A stretch of 64,000 nt of DNA, taken from positions 9,103-73,102 of the IMG/VR virus record IMGVR_UViG_3300013372_001471. One strand, 5' to 3'. A program made the translations under genes and the position numbers. How positions within the stretch are numbered: position 1 is the stretch's first letter; the number at the start of each line of letters is the position of its first letter. Source of the stretch: a virus. Below the pieces are notes generated by a model. That model was not told where the DNA came from. It saw only the letters and a program-made list of their open reading frames with translations, and did not search any database. This document shows positions 47,901 through 57,663 of this stretch, in pieces.

Positions 47901-50900
47901 AGGACGTTTACCCAAAGATAACGGTGCAAATTCTTCACCTTTAACAGTTGTTACTCCTCCGGAAGCACGAGCATTAGAAACCGCAAGTCTTCCACCATCA
48001 TCTAAATTATATGTTAATGTTGGATTGATTATTGGATAAAGAGTTCCATCATTTGTTGACATCTTCGGTAAGAAACCGTCTCGTTTTACCGGAGAAAAAC
48101 CAAAGAAGTTTGTAACTGGAGTATCTAACCCACCAAATTTAATTTTGTTAGGTCCGCTTTCGGTTGAGTGTATTGAATATCCAGATTGATAATTTGTTTT
48201 TGTTTTATCCGTGTAGAATGTTTGGAAACCTCTACCGGCTTGTGTTGTATTGTTTTTTTGCTGAACATCAATATATTGTTTACCAGTTGGTGTTCTGTAT
48301 AACCCAAAGTAATTATTACTTGGTGCACCGGTCCTGGATCCTTTCCAAGCAAATTCAGATGATTCAGTTGAGTATTCTGTTAGTGGTCTTCCACTACCTT
48401 TTCGCATTATATCTATTGAGAAACCACTTTGGTTATTATCTGGAAAATAATTTATACCAGTCGGTCTTAAACCTGCAAAACCAAATCTTGAAGATTCATT
48501 TATGTATTCCGTATCTGGATTACCTGCGCCCTTTGGCATAATATCAATAGTGAAACCACCTTGGTTATCATCTGGAAAGAAACTTTGTTTAGCAGGCCTA
48601 CCACCGTCAAAATCAAATATAGAAGATTCTGTCTTGTATTCTGTTCCAGGTCTACTACTACCTTTTGCCATAATATCAAGAGTAAATCCAGTTTGGTTAC
48701 TATCTGGAAAGAAACTTTGTGGTTTTGGTCTACTACCGTCAAAATCAAACCTTGAAGAATCAGCAACATATTCTGTTGGAGGTAAACCTTCGTTTCTCTT
48801 AATATCCATAGTGAAACCGGATTGATTTGTATTGGCAAAGAAATCAATTACCGATTCTAATGGATTACCTGGTCTTCCACCCTTAAATGTATAGAATGAA
48901 CTCTCATGGAAATACTCTGTTCCAGTTGGTTTACTTTTCCCCTTTGGTTGTATGTTTAGAGTAAATCCTGTTTGATTTATTTTCTCTTTATCAAAGTAAT
49001 CTGTGCCAGCTTTTGGAAACTTTCCAGTAAATGTAAATTCAGAAGAATCTTTTACATACTTACTATCGTATAATTCGGGAAGTCTATGAAAACCTATGGT
49101 TGTAAACTTACCTTTCAAATCAAAATAATTTACTTGTGGAGCTTCATCACGACTACCGTTCCAATCAAATATAGATATTTCTGGAACATATTTCGTGTCA
49201 TATATTTCCGCAAGTCTATGAAAACCGGCAGTAGTAACTCTTTTGCGAATATCAAAAAAGTTTACTTCTGGAGAATCACTACGACTTCCATCCCAATCAA
49301 ATTCAGAAGATTCTTTAATATACTTTGAATCATACTTTTGTGCAAGTATATGAAAACCTGTTTTTGTAAATTTATCAGGCAAGTCAAAATAATTAACTGC
49401 GGGTGCGGCAGACCTATTTCCATCCCAATCAAACCGTGATGATTCTTTTATGTATTTGGATTCATATTCTTTGGCAAATGTATAAAATCCTGCATTTGTA
49501 TGAGTTGATTGTAAATCAAAATAGTTTATTGCAGGTGCATCATTTCTTAAACCATTCCAATCAAATTCAGAAGAATCCTTAATATATTTTGATTCCTTGA
49601 ATGAAGGGAATGTATGAAATCCAACACTTGTAAATCTACCCAACAAATCAAAATAATTAACTGCGGGAGCATTTTGTTTCGTTCCATCAAAATCAAACTG
49701 TGAAGAATCTTTTACATATCGTGTATCATACAGTCCATGAAATTTATCAAATCCACTATTAGCATATTGGTTCTGTATATCAAAATAATTAACAACAGGT
49801 GCATCTTGTCTATTTGCATTCCATGTATGTATTGAAGATTCATTTATGTATTTTGTTTCTAAAAATGGAATAAATATATCAAATCCAGAAGTTGCATTTT
49901 TTACTGGTATATCCAAGTAGTTTACAAAAGGAGCATCATCTCTTGTTCCAACCCAAGTAAATCTTGATGAATCTGGAACATACAAAGATTCGTATGGTTG
50001 AGCAAATGTTGTGAACCCATCAGTAGTTTTTCCCGCCGTTAAATCAAAATAATTTACTGCTGGTGCATCTTGTCTGTTTCCATCCCAAATAAATTCTGAT
50101 ATGTTTTTTAGATATTTGGAATCATACTTTTGAGCAAATACGTGAAAACCAGTTGATGTAAATTGTTTGAATTGATCCAAATAATTAACTGCAGGTGCAT
50201 TTTGTGTGGAATTTCCTACCCACACAAATGTGGAAGAATCTTGAACATATTTTGAATCCATAAACCCCGCAAAGTTATGGAATCCCATATTAGAATTTAC
50301 ACCAGCTTGATCGAAATAGTTTACAGTTGGCGATTGTTGTTTGTTTCCATCCCAATCAAATATAGATGAATCTGGAATATAATCAGATTGACCTTGTAAA
50401 GCAAATTTTGTAAATCCATCTGATGTATTCAAGAATATATTATCAAAGTAGTTTACAGTTGGAGCACCTAACCTATTTCCTTGCCATCCTAAAAATGATG
50501 TTTCAGTTTTATATTCTGTTATTTGCGGTTGTGCAAATATAGTAAATCCACCAAGAGTATTGTTATTATTACCATCAAAGTAATTTACACCAGTTATTTT
50601 TGTAAAATCATATTGAGAAGAATTTGGTTGGTAAAGAGATTCTGCTGGATTAACAAATGTTTGAAATCCTCTACCATTTGTATCAGCAAATGCATTTGTA
50701 AACGGACCATCATCTGATCCACCTGTCCATACAAATTGTGAAAAACCAATATACTTACTATCACCAATTTGTTGTCTTTGATTAAATCCTATTGCAAACT
50801 GATTTGAGAAAAAGTTTACTTCTTGTAATCCTAAAATAGAATACAATGAATTTATCGATTTCTCATATCTTCCGCCTGGAAATGTTGGTGTTATTCCATC

Positions 50901-52115
50901 TAAATTTAATTGACTTCTATCGGTATCATGGATTGTTGTTCCTGAATATCTAATTGGACTCTTATCATCGGTCTCTATCATTTTTTCAAGTTCCGATGTT
51001 CCAATAAATTTTATTGGTGTGCCGTCTATATTAAATTCACTACCATCGTTAGTGTGGATAGTTCCTTGATTAAGTCTTAACACAGTAACATCTGGATTTA
51101 CAACAAGACCTTCCTTTATAGTATCTGTTATTATATTTGGCGATTGTTCTTGTCTACTAAAACTCAACGGAGGAATTATAGGTTCTATTTCTGGTATTAT
51201 TATATTATCAACCGCATCATTTACATTCTTTGTTATTTCAACTGTATTTTCTGTTCTATCAAAAAACTGTGGTGGTCTTGTTATTTGAATCAATGGGTTT
51301 ATTATATTACCAATAGGTGATAATATATCAGTATTGATTACAACTGCCTGGTCCGTTCTATCAAATGATTGTTGCGGAACGTTTATTACTGTTCCTGGAT
51401 TTGTTATATTATTGGATGCATCATTTATATTTCTTGATATATTTGGGGAACTATCTTCTCTCTCAAATGTTTGTGCAGGTCTATTGAGTTCAATATCAGA
51501 TCTATTATTGTTTTGACCCGGTGTTGTTCTACTTACTTCAACTTCCGATTCACTTAATCTACTTTGAAATCTTGTTTGTGATATTTTTGAAAATTTAGAC
51601 TCTATTTGATCCAAACCAATTCCGGATGCAAGAGGTAGTCTTGAATCACTAACTGATGGCGATAATGCAGATACACTGTTTATCAATAAATTTTCAACAG
51701 GAGTTTGAACTATATCGTCTAGTTTTGTAGATGAAAGTCTATCTTGAAGTTCGACTCTTTTATCTGATGGTATAACTATATCATCAAATTTTGATGATTC
51801 CAATTTACCAACCAAATCAACTTTGTTTGGTTTTTTTGTATTATCTAATTCTGTTGTGCCTAATTTTTTAGTAACATCACTTGGTTTTGGTTTTTTTATT
51901 TCATCGAGTTTTGTTTTTCCCAATTGACTTGTTAAGTTTACAACTTTTGGTTTTTTTATATTAGGAACTTCTTTGTATAAACTATCTGTAATTGGTTGGT
52001 TAGTTGCAAAATTTTTGTCACTAGTAGCAGATGATGCTTCTGGAGAACTCTTGCCCTCTTTTGAAACCTCTGACCTGTATTTAGCCAAATCCGATTTTAA
52101 GTCTACTAATGCCAT
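44946..52115 (-). CDS. Giant baseplate/tail-tube-initiator-like protein with internal repeats
   Basis: C-terminal tube-initiator-like domain (FRAAFDSITD....W...MGRGDPIYLYGSYERDVSFGF...RLNIG); immediately downstream of the tape measure gene; ~20 internal 44-aa repeats. Confidence 0.65.
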   Translation of the reverse strand: MALVDLKSDLAKYRSEVSKEGKSSPEASSATSDKNFATNQPITDSLYKEVPNIKKPKVVNLTSQLGKTKLDEIKKPKPSDVTKKLGTTELDNTKKPNKVDLVGKLESSKFDDIVIPSDKRVELQDRLSSTKLDDIVQTPVENLLINSVSALSPSVSDSRLPLASGIGLDQIESKFSKISQTRFQSRLSESEVEVSRTTPGQNNNRSDIELNRPAQTFEREDSSPNISRNINDASNNITNPGTVINVPQQSFDRTDQAVVINTDILSPIGNIINPLIQITRPPQFFDRTENTVEITKNVNDAVDNIIIPEIEPIIPPLSFSRQEQSPNIITDTIKEGLVVNPDVTVLRLNQGTIHTNDGSEFNIDGTPIKFIGTSELEKMIETDDKSPIRYSGTTIHDTDRSQLNLDGITPTFPGGRYEKSINSLYSILGLQEVNFFSNQFAIGFNQRQQIGDSKYIGFSQFVWTGGSDDGPFTNAFADTNGRGFQTFVNPAESLYQPNSSQYDFTKITGVNYFDGNNNNTLGGFTIFAQPQITEYKTETSFLGWQGNRLGAPTVNYFDNIFLNTSDGFTKFALQGQSDYIPDSSIFDWDGNKQQSPTVNYFDQAGVNSNMGFHNFAGFMDSKYVQDSSTFVWVGNSTQNAPAVNYLDQFKQFTSTGFHVFAQKYDSKYLKNISEFIWDGNRQDAPAVNYFDLTAGKTTDGFTTFAQPYESLYVPDSSRFTWVGTRDDAPFVNYLDIPVKNATSGFDIFIPFLETKYINESSIHTWNANRQDAPVVNYFDIQNQYANSGFDKFHGLYDTRYVKDSSQFDFDGTKQNAPAVNYFDLLGRFTSVGFHTFPSFKESKYIKDSSEFDWNGLRNDAPAINYFDLQSTHTNAGFYTFAKEYESKYIKESSRFDWDGNRSAAPAVNYFDLPDKFTKTGFHILAQKYDSKYIKESSEFDWDGSRSDSPEVNFFDIRKRVTTAGFHRLAEIYDTKYVPEISIFDWNGSRDEAPQVNYFDLKGKFTTIGFHRLPELYDSKYVKDSSEFTFTGKFPKAGTDYFDKEKINQTGFTLNIQPKGKSKPTGTEYFHESSFYTFKGGRPGNPLESVIDFFANTNQSGFTMDIKRNEGLPPTEYVADSSRFDFDGSRPKPQSFFPDSNQTGFTLDIMAKGSSRPGTEYKTESSIFDFDGGRPAKQSFFPDDNQGGFTIDIMPKGAGNPDTEYINESSRFGFAGLRPTGINYFPDNNQSGFSIDIMRKGSGRPLTEYSTESSEFAWKGSRTGAPSNNYFGLYRTPTGKQYIDVQQKNNTTQAGRGFQTFYTDKTKTNYQSGYSIHSTESGPNKIKFGGLDTPVTNFFGFSPVKRDGFLPKMSTNDGTLYPIINPTLTYNLDDGGRLAVSNARASGGVTTVKGEEFAPLSLGKRPWTQPGTLASLENQVPNITINDSTHPYYVSSRTVLPKTAGAYNKKYERTMRDNRQINGSYLYGYSENGGQLNLQYRKFQLDTDSYNSSGFRQDPYVLRGIQIKDVVKNERWGNSRFPSGSVDFVSKGGYSDQFSDINALDVKRIDLWLKSPRGQKWETLQTQLYDNNPFVDTLNDWDNPGTLSSPTAKTRMYNSDSLLNAIRDNTLRGRAIRIRHGDKPSSNNLDDFDYYERVVKKMNPSADNQFGNKIDVMKFPRESSNGGTILSSAIQKTSNVYSVYKYNRLIALLSELIPSAFVPINSKLPAAISSAQKERGSKIYRLSGLGGPNSGTDPNGETIINRASHPFMIHYDTSGILPESYPSTAKRETWFGPKTKTGDSAEDEAGTNNTYSGRLEKQYRESSNTFDGLMTALSYLVSGSTLSGKESQEYPGGKTNPDNSAFIQPSAYKLIQQKDPFTPRPIAYIDRTRANIAGDTDIQSTMPIQLPDVLKQIPTGQTQADAPIKQYAAVAYGKLKKIPRGDANRSHDYNDFRHDIEWGDKKKTFSTDPAVIDYKTNNLEDKFGFGNPGKVGADRSKPFRSNIKYNGGKVVKKQGDGYEFRGDRINIIDFKKWRDPVKLMNDADVYELNDTEIPGKKDLITFYFTSTQLSGKGATGKAAEAIVFRAAFDSITDNHKPSWSPQMYMGRGDPIYLYGSYERDVSFGFTVHIGSRDEQAATWRKLNYLASWTAPDYSSGKFRSPICRLNIGHLFRKTPGFINSLSYTFDNVGGTWETGHLKEDKNYNNEEAKPGVLQLPKTIQVAVGFTVIGNYRPEWGGVMYSLYDDINGDGLMPAISSNDERINFFRTNDGDAKPPADEDPTREADLKPFEDIKDGDGLSDEDYKKMGYVKVPVKQKVRIEKPGGKDDEFEEKEETVYTWLPASQQESFEKNRARDEALDAADAEEQKKYAADTKAYEEAEAKRIADETAKKAAQDAAKQASNKNPP
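48090..50830 (-). repeat. Intragenic tandem repeat, ~20 diverged copies of a ~44-aa (132-nt) unit
   Basis: Consensus R.DAP.VNYFD......GF..FA..Y.SKY..DSS.F.W.G read from the translation; boundaries approximate. Confidence 0.85.
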
Positions 52116-52164
52116 TATTTACATATCCTGTTTAATTCAGTAATAAATATGAAAGTGTGTTGTT

Positions 52165-55100
52165 TTATTGTGCCTGACGACCAAATGTGTTTTGAACATT
52201 ATATGATTTCTTAATGTCTAATGTTGAACGTATTTCTTCAACAAACCTATCACCAAATTTAATAATTGTTGGTTGACCTGCAATACTACTGAACAACCCA
52301 ATAAGTTGATCCAACTTACCTTCAACTCCACTCATGTTTACTCCACCAGCAGCAGGACCGGCTACACCACCACCAGCAGCGGCTCCCATAGCACTTGGTG
52401 ATGCAGAAACAGATTGCATTCCAATCGGAGATACTGCAGTTGCTGCGGGGGTTGATATATTTGATTCTGCACCCTTCTTTCCTTCTTCTTCTTTTTCACC
52501 ACCACCAAAAATTGATGATATTCCGCCAACTATTGAATCCATTACTTTCGATGCCTTAGATTCAGTAGAAGTTTGATTTATTTTTTCAAAAACTTGTCCA
52601 AGTTTTTCAACATCCATACCAGCAATAGTATCTGCAAGAGTTTTAAGTGATGTTGAAATTTCCAACAAACTTTTAGCAACAGCAGAAAGTTTTTCAGGTT
52701 CTAATGATGCAATCAATTTTTGCATTGTTGATAGTGGACTTTCGCCTCCAAGAAGACTTCCAATCCCTTCCATGATTGCACCACCACCTAAACTTTGCAT
52801 TAAGTTACCTAGTGATTCTTTGAATTGATCAAGTTTTGTTGTATCTATTGTTTGTAGACTTGTTCCAATCATTGCCAGACCGGCAGATAACATAGTTACA
52901 CCCGCGGCAATTCCTAATAATCCTGATGGATCAACTTCTCTAACAAGTGTCATCAACATATCAAATGGACTATCACCACCAAATAAACTTCCCAAACCTT
53001 CTAATGCGGCACCTATACCACTACCACCACCAAATGCAGCGAGAGCACCAGCAAGTGCGGTTATACCACCTGCGATTCCAAATAATTGTCCTGGATCCAT
53101 TTCACCAAGAGCAAGTAATCTATCTATAAATCCATATATTGCCCCAGCAATCGCATTTATGACATCAACGATTGCACCACCAACTGTGCTAATTACTGTA
53201 TTTAGTCCTTCAAAGAATGTTTGTAATAATGGTCCAACAGAACCAGCGGCGGCACCTATTACATAAAGTGCGGCGCCAAATATAAGAAGAGCACCGGATA
53301 ATACAGCCAATACTGCTGCACCAGCAAGGAATAACGGAGCAGCTGCACCTAATAATGCAGCAACTGCAACCAAACCAAGTAGTGCAACACCTGCTTTTGC
53401 CATATCTTCCCATTTTATTCCAACAAAGAATTGTAATGCAAGACCTATTACATAAAGAGCTGCACCTAATATCAACATAGCAGCTGCACCTATAATCATT
53501 TCTTTACTTGCCTTACCCATCAAATACGCAATACCTGCAAGTCCGAGAAGAGCAACACCAGCTTTTGCCATTGCAGCCCAATCAACTTTCATAAATTCTT
53601 GAACTGCTTTAGCAGTTACATAAAGAGCTGCAGCAAGAATTAGTATAGCAGCTGCACCTTGCATCATTTTTTTAGTGTCCATTTTATTTACAGCATCAAC
53701 TATACCATCCATGAATCCACCACCCTTCTTTCCAGCCTTTGGCATTTTTGCCTTTTTTGAACCACCCATTCCACCTGCTTTATCTGCAACCATATCTTTC
53801 ATTTTTGAACCAAACGCACCCGCCTTTTCAGTAACTTTTCCGAATGCTCCACCCAATTTACCAGTAACTCCACCCGCTAAACCTTTAATACCATCCATTA
53901 GTGGACCCTTCACCATATCGAACAGACCCATTGCTCCTTTACCGGCTAATTTGAAACCAGCCGCTACACCACCTGGTCCAGCAACTTTAAGTGCCATTGC
54001 ACCTATACCTGCAACTGATGGGTTTATGAATCCCATTAGTCCACCGACTGCTCCACCTGCATCCGCGAAACCACCAACTAATTTACTAACAAATTCTATT
54101 ATTTGTGGTAATCTTTTCATTAAAGTTTGAACCGCTTCCATCAATTTTGGAAGTGCCTCCTTTACACCAGCAGCAATAGCATCCATATCAATTTCATCTA
54201 TCATTTTTTGGAAAACTGAAACACCTTCACCTCCATCTTCCAATCCACCAACTATTTCGAGAACTGCATCAATAACAGGAGCAAACTTTTGTTTCAATTT
54301 TTCAACAGCATCAGCCATCGCTTCTTGTAAACTGGCGGAACGTTTTTCAGCTGCAAGTTTTTCTATGTATGCCTTTTGTTGATCATTTGCCGCACTCTTT
54401 GATGCCTCCGCAAGTTCTTTTGCATTCATCTTTGAAAGATTTTCAGCCATAGTGGCATCTATTTTTGCTTCTTTGAGTTTTTCAGCGTTAGTAAGCATAT
54501 CTGTCATTTCTTCAACAGACATACCCATTGCCTTTGCCATTGCCTCCTGTTGAATAGCATTCATTCCTTGAAATTCCTCCAAAGAACCGGCTTGATTTAA
54601 TAATTCTTCTTGAAGATTGTATATGTCACCTTCCATTGCATATCTTCTAGCGGCATCTAATTGTAAGTTTTTACCAGTCAATGCTTGTGCTTCCATTTCT
54701 GCAGTAAGAGATGATTCCAAATCAAGCATACCACGACCAATATCTTTAACTTTCTTAAGATCCATACCCAACATTTTTGCCTTCATAGCGGCAGCAGCAA
54801 GTTCTTTGGTTGAACCCTTAAATGCAACTGCAACTTCTTTTGGAACACTTGCAAGTGTTTTCATTGCTTCTTTAGCATTCATTACCCCTTTACCAACACC
54901 AACGGCATCTTTTACAAGATTGTCCATTGACGTTCCGGTAATAATGGATAAGTCTTTTATTTTTGCAACTTCTTCACCGGATAATCCAAATTGTTTAGTT
55001 AGAATAGATGCTTGTTTTACAAAATTTGTCATTTCTTTATTACCAGCATTTACCATACCAGCAACATCCATCCCATTGAATGCCTGTTGAGCTGCTTCTA

Positions 55101-56385
55101 TACCAACTGCAATTTCTTTGGAATTTATTCCAGTAATTTTCATTTCATTTGATATTCTTGCTGTATTTTTATACAACTCACGGGCTTCGTTTTTACTCAT
55201 AGCAAAGTCTTTACCCATTTGTGATATTTGCCCATCCACTTCCATCAATACACCGAATGCCTTTTTTAGTCCCCCAACTAATAACCCAACACCACCTGTT
55301 AATGCACCAAGTCCCATACCAGCAACTAACTTTGGACCCATTGCAATCATACTACCAAGACCTTTAGCACCTTCTTTGAAAGCATCTTTGAAATTACCTT
55401 TGAGTCCATTTTGGATAGCAGCAGTAAATGACTTATTCATATTATCTGCTGTTTTATCTATGCCAAGAATTTTTGTAATCTGCTCACCACCTGGAAGATT
55501 TTTAACCCAACCACCCATGGCGGTTCCAATCTTAGATCCAGTCCCCTCAATCAGTTGAAGACTTGCATTTTGTTTTTCAATTACTTTATTTTGAGCATCT
55601 ATTGTATCAAGTCTTTGTTCTTCTAATTTAATACCCTTCATCAATGTTGCTTGATCTGCTGCACTCAAACCTAACAAATTATTTTCAACATTATATCGTT
55701 TGATAGCAAGTGCTTCTCTTGCCTTATCAGTTTCTACTATTTTTGCTTGACCTTTTTCTATTAAACCAGTTTGTGCAACTGAATCTTGATACAGTTGTGA
55801 AACATCACTATTTATACTTCTCATATCATCAAGATTTGTCTTAAATGCACCGCTTGTGTTATATCCCTCTTTTATAGAGTCTCCAATTTTATCCCAATAA
55901 TCTGCTATTTCACTATTTGTTCCCTTACCCTTTTCTAGCGTTTCTGCATATTTTTTTGATTTATCGCTCATAATACCAAGTCGAGCGCCAATATCTACGG
56001 TTGCTTGTTTTTGTTCATTGGCAAGTTTGAGAGTTTTATCTGCAATTTCTTCGCGTTCTTCGTCTGTTTTTTTTGATTTTTGTTGTGTTTTGTAGTTTTC
56101 TTCTGTTCTGGTTTTTGTTTCTTTTTGAAACTTCTCGGCTTTTTTAGTTCTATCTTCGGAGTCCTTTTCTATCTTCTCTATTTTTTTGCGCACTTCTTCT
56201 TCTTTCTCTACGGAATCCATGAGAACTGCTTCTAATGATATAAGTTTCTTTATGTTTTCTATTGATTTTTTTTCAGCAGAATCCATTTTAGCTTTCTGTT
56301 CAACAAGTTGTTTTTCTAATTGAACTCGTTGTTCCATCAGTTTTTTAAGTTCTGCTTCAAGTTTTACTTCGTTTTCTTTCGCCAC
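52165..56385 (-). CDS. Tail tape measure protein
   Basis: 1406 aa, Ala/Gly-rich helical, W..MAKAGVALLGL repeats; directly after the tail chaperone genes; GTG start. Confidence 0.88.
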   Translation of the reverse strand: MAKENEVKLEAELKKLMEQRVQLEKQLVEQKAKMDSAEKKSIENIKKLISLEAVLMDSVEKEEEVRKKIEKIEKDSEDRTKKAEKFQKETKTRTEENYKTQQKSKKTDEEREEIADKTLKLANEQKQATVDIGARLGIMSDKSKKYAETLEKGKGTNSEIADYWDKIGDSIKEGYNTSGAFKTNLDDMRSINSDVSQLYQDSVAQTGLIEKGQAKIVETDKAREALAIKRYNVENNLLGLSAADQATLMKGIKLEEQRLDTIDAQNKVIEKQNASLQLIEGTGSKIGTAMGGWVKNLPGGEQITKILGIDKTADNMNKSFTAAIQNGLKGNFKDAFKEGAKGLGSMIAMGPKLVAGMGLGALTGGVGLLVGGLKKAFGVLMEVDGQISQMGKDFAMSKNEARELYKNTARISNEMKITGINSKEIAVGIEAAQQAFNGMDVAGMVNAGNKEMTNFVKQASILTKQFGLSGEEVAKIKDLSIITGTSMDNLVKDAVGVGKGVMNAKEAMKTLASVPKEVAVAFKGSTKELAAAAMKAKMLGMDLKKVKDIGRGMLDLESSLTAEMEAQALTGKNLQLDAARRYAMEGDIYNLQEELLNQAGSLEEFQGMNAIQQEAMAKAMGMSVEEMTDMLTNAEKLKEAKIDATMAENLSKMNAKELAEASKSAANDQQKAYIEKLAAEKRSASLQEAMADAVEKLKQKFAPVIDAVLEIVGGLEDGGEGVSVFQKMIDEIDMDAIAAGVKEALPKLMEAVQTLMKRLPQIIEFVSKLVGGFADAGGAVGGLMGFINPSVAGIGAMALKVAGPGGVAAGFKLAGKGAMGLFDMVKGPLMDGIKGLAGGVTGKLGGAFGKVTEKAGAFGSKMKDMVADKAGGMGGSKKAKMPKAGKKGGGFMDGIVDAVNKMDTKKMMQGAAAILILAAALYVTAKAVQEFMKVDWAAMAKAGVALLGLAGIAYLMGKASKEMIIGAAAMLILGAALYVIGLALQFFVGIKWEDMAKAGVALLGLVAVAALLGAAAPLFLAGAAVLAVLSGALLIFGAALYVIGAAAGSVGPLLQTFFEGLNTVISTVGGAIVDVINAIAGAIYGFIDRLLALGEMDPGQLFGIAGGITALAGALAAFGGGSGIGAALEGLGSLFGGDSPFDMLMTLVREVDPSGLLGIAAGVTMLSAGLAMIGTSLQTIDTTKLDQFKESLGNLMQSLGGGAIMEGIGSLLGGESPLSTMQKLIASLEPEKLSAVAKSLLEISTSLKTLADTIAGMDVEKLGQVFEKINQTSTESKASKVMDSIVGGISSIFGGGEKEEEGKKGAESNISTPAATAVSPIGMQSVSASPSAMGAAAGGGVAGPAAGGVNMSGVEGKLDQLIGLFSSIAGQPTIIKFGDRFVEEIRSTLDIKKSYNVQNTFGRQAQ

Positions 56386-56411
56386 TTATTTCTACGAATA
56401 ATAATAAAAAA

Positions 56412-56444
56412 CGGTTTACATATCTTCTATAAATATGTAAACCG
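56412..56444 (-). promoter_or_regulatory. Hairpin overlapping an ATATTTAT motif upstream of the tape measure gene
   Basis: CGGTTTACATAT...ATATGTAAACCG 12-bp stem; ATAAATAT (+) at 56429-56436; followed by a U-rich run on the minus strand. Confidence 0.55.
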
Positions 56445-56449
56445 CAAAT

Positions 56450-56704
56450 TTATCGTCTCGGTGTTGATGGTTTACTGAATGTAGGCATAGCAACTTTGTG
56501 TTTTGAAACTTCTGCTTGTTCTGCCTTATTCTTTTCCTCTAATACTTTTTTAACTTGATTGATATAAAATCGTCTCAAATGTATTGGAAGATTGTAAACT
56601 TCATCCCAACTAAAACCACCTCTACCATAATAGCATAGAGAAAAAATTTCTTCATGTAATCCTAATCGGTAATCAGGTTCCAGGCCAAAAAAATGATACC
56701 TCAA
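56450..56704 (-). CDS. Tail assembly chaperone C-terminal extension (probably reached by frameshift)
   Basis: HEEIFSLCYYGRGGFSWDEVYNLPIHLRRFYI; overlaps the upstream chaperone at a T7 run; no early ATG start. Confidence 0.7.
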   Translation of the reverse strand: MRYHFFGLEPDYRLGLHEEIFSLCYYGRGGFSWDEVYNLPIHLRRFYINQVKKVLEEKNKAEQAEVSKHKVAMPTFSKPSTPRR

Positions 56705-57539
56705 CGGGTATGTCTATCTCCTTTACCTCACCTGTTATATCCGAAACAAACGTAAACGTCATATCCAAATCGGGTGAGATTTCTTTTATGTATGACCTTA
56801 ACGCCCTTGAATCAGCTGCAAATAATTCGTTATCAACAAAATTATTTATAGTAGCTCTTCCAGTTTCACCATCAACTGATGTAATAATATGTTTGAGTCT
56901 TGTTGTAAGTTCCCTATCAATACCGGTCTTTACAAGAGTTTTATTCATAGATTTTATTTCACTTTGAACTTCTTTCTCCATTCCATGTGTCATTAACCTA
57001 AATGTAACCACTCTTTTTGATATTGGCAACTCATAATCAAACTCTTTCTTTCCATTCTGAAACAAGCTGTAATCGACCTCCTTGTGCTCAATTTCAGTTA
57101 AATCTATTGTAACTTGTTGTTTGTTTCCTGGAGAAAATGGATCATCAATCTGAACGGTATAATCTTTACCATAACCCAAAATTCTAGCAGCAACCATAAT
57201 TGCGTTCTTATCGCCCGTATACAAGTCCGAATAGTTGATTGGAGTTACAATCAAAGACTCAAACAATTTGTCTAATACCACACCTTGTTTAATCAAGTTC
57301 TGTGATGTTAATATATCTTCTTCTTTTGCAGTCATGTATTTCATTTCAATTACACCTTCTGCAAGAGGATGGCCTTCGGAATACAATAATCCTTTTGAAG
57401 GCAAAGGTATTATCTCTGTTGGGAAATTTGTTTTCTTAACAGATGTTTGTTTGTGTTCTGCAAGAAGTTGTGCCTTAATATCGGCATCTGAAACTGCTTC
57501 TTCATTGGCTACATTATAGCCGGTTGGAATTTTTGACAT
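56673..57539 (-). CDS. Tail assembly chaperone / T4 gp26-like baseplate hub assembly protein
   Basis: LPSKGLLY, MTAKEEDILT, GDKNAIMVAARILGYG, ends SFFWPGT; lies between the tube and tape measure genes. Confidence 0.8.
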   Translation of the reverse strand: MSKIPTGYNVANEEAVSDADIKAQLLAEHKQTSVKKTNFPTEIIPLPSKGLLYSEGHPLAEGVIEMKYMTAKEEDILTSQNLIKQGVVLDKLFESLIVTPINYSDLYTGDKNAIMVAARILGYGKDYTVQIDDPFSPGNKQQVTIDLTEIEHKEVDYSLFQNGKKEFDYELPISKRVVTFRLMTHGMEKEVQSEIKSMNKTLVKTGIDRELTTRLKHIITSVDGETGRATINNFVDNELFAADSRALRSYIKEISPDLDMTFTFVSDITGEVKEIDIPVEVSFFWPGT

Positions 57540-57589
57540 AACTTAAATCCTATAACATTGTGTAAAATAAAACGTTTTAATATACGTAA

Positions 57590-57628
57590 ATAAATATGGG
57601 TATACCGAAAAAATCAGTATACCCGTAT
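57590..57628 (-). terminator. Stem-loop after the tail tube gene, abutting an ATATTTAT motif
   Basis: ATGGGTATAC...GTATACCCGT imperfect stem; ATAAATAT (+) at 57590-57597. Confidence 0.5.
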
Positions 57629-57663
57629 TTTAATTCAATTTCAATATGATAATACAAATAGTA

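Noticed and set aside
48090-50830. Periodic ~132-nt repeats as a possible CRISPR array or DGR template/variable pair
   Set aside because: The repeats are in-frame, conserved at protein rather than DNA level, have no identical direct repeats with spacers, and no reverse transcriptase or cas operon is present.
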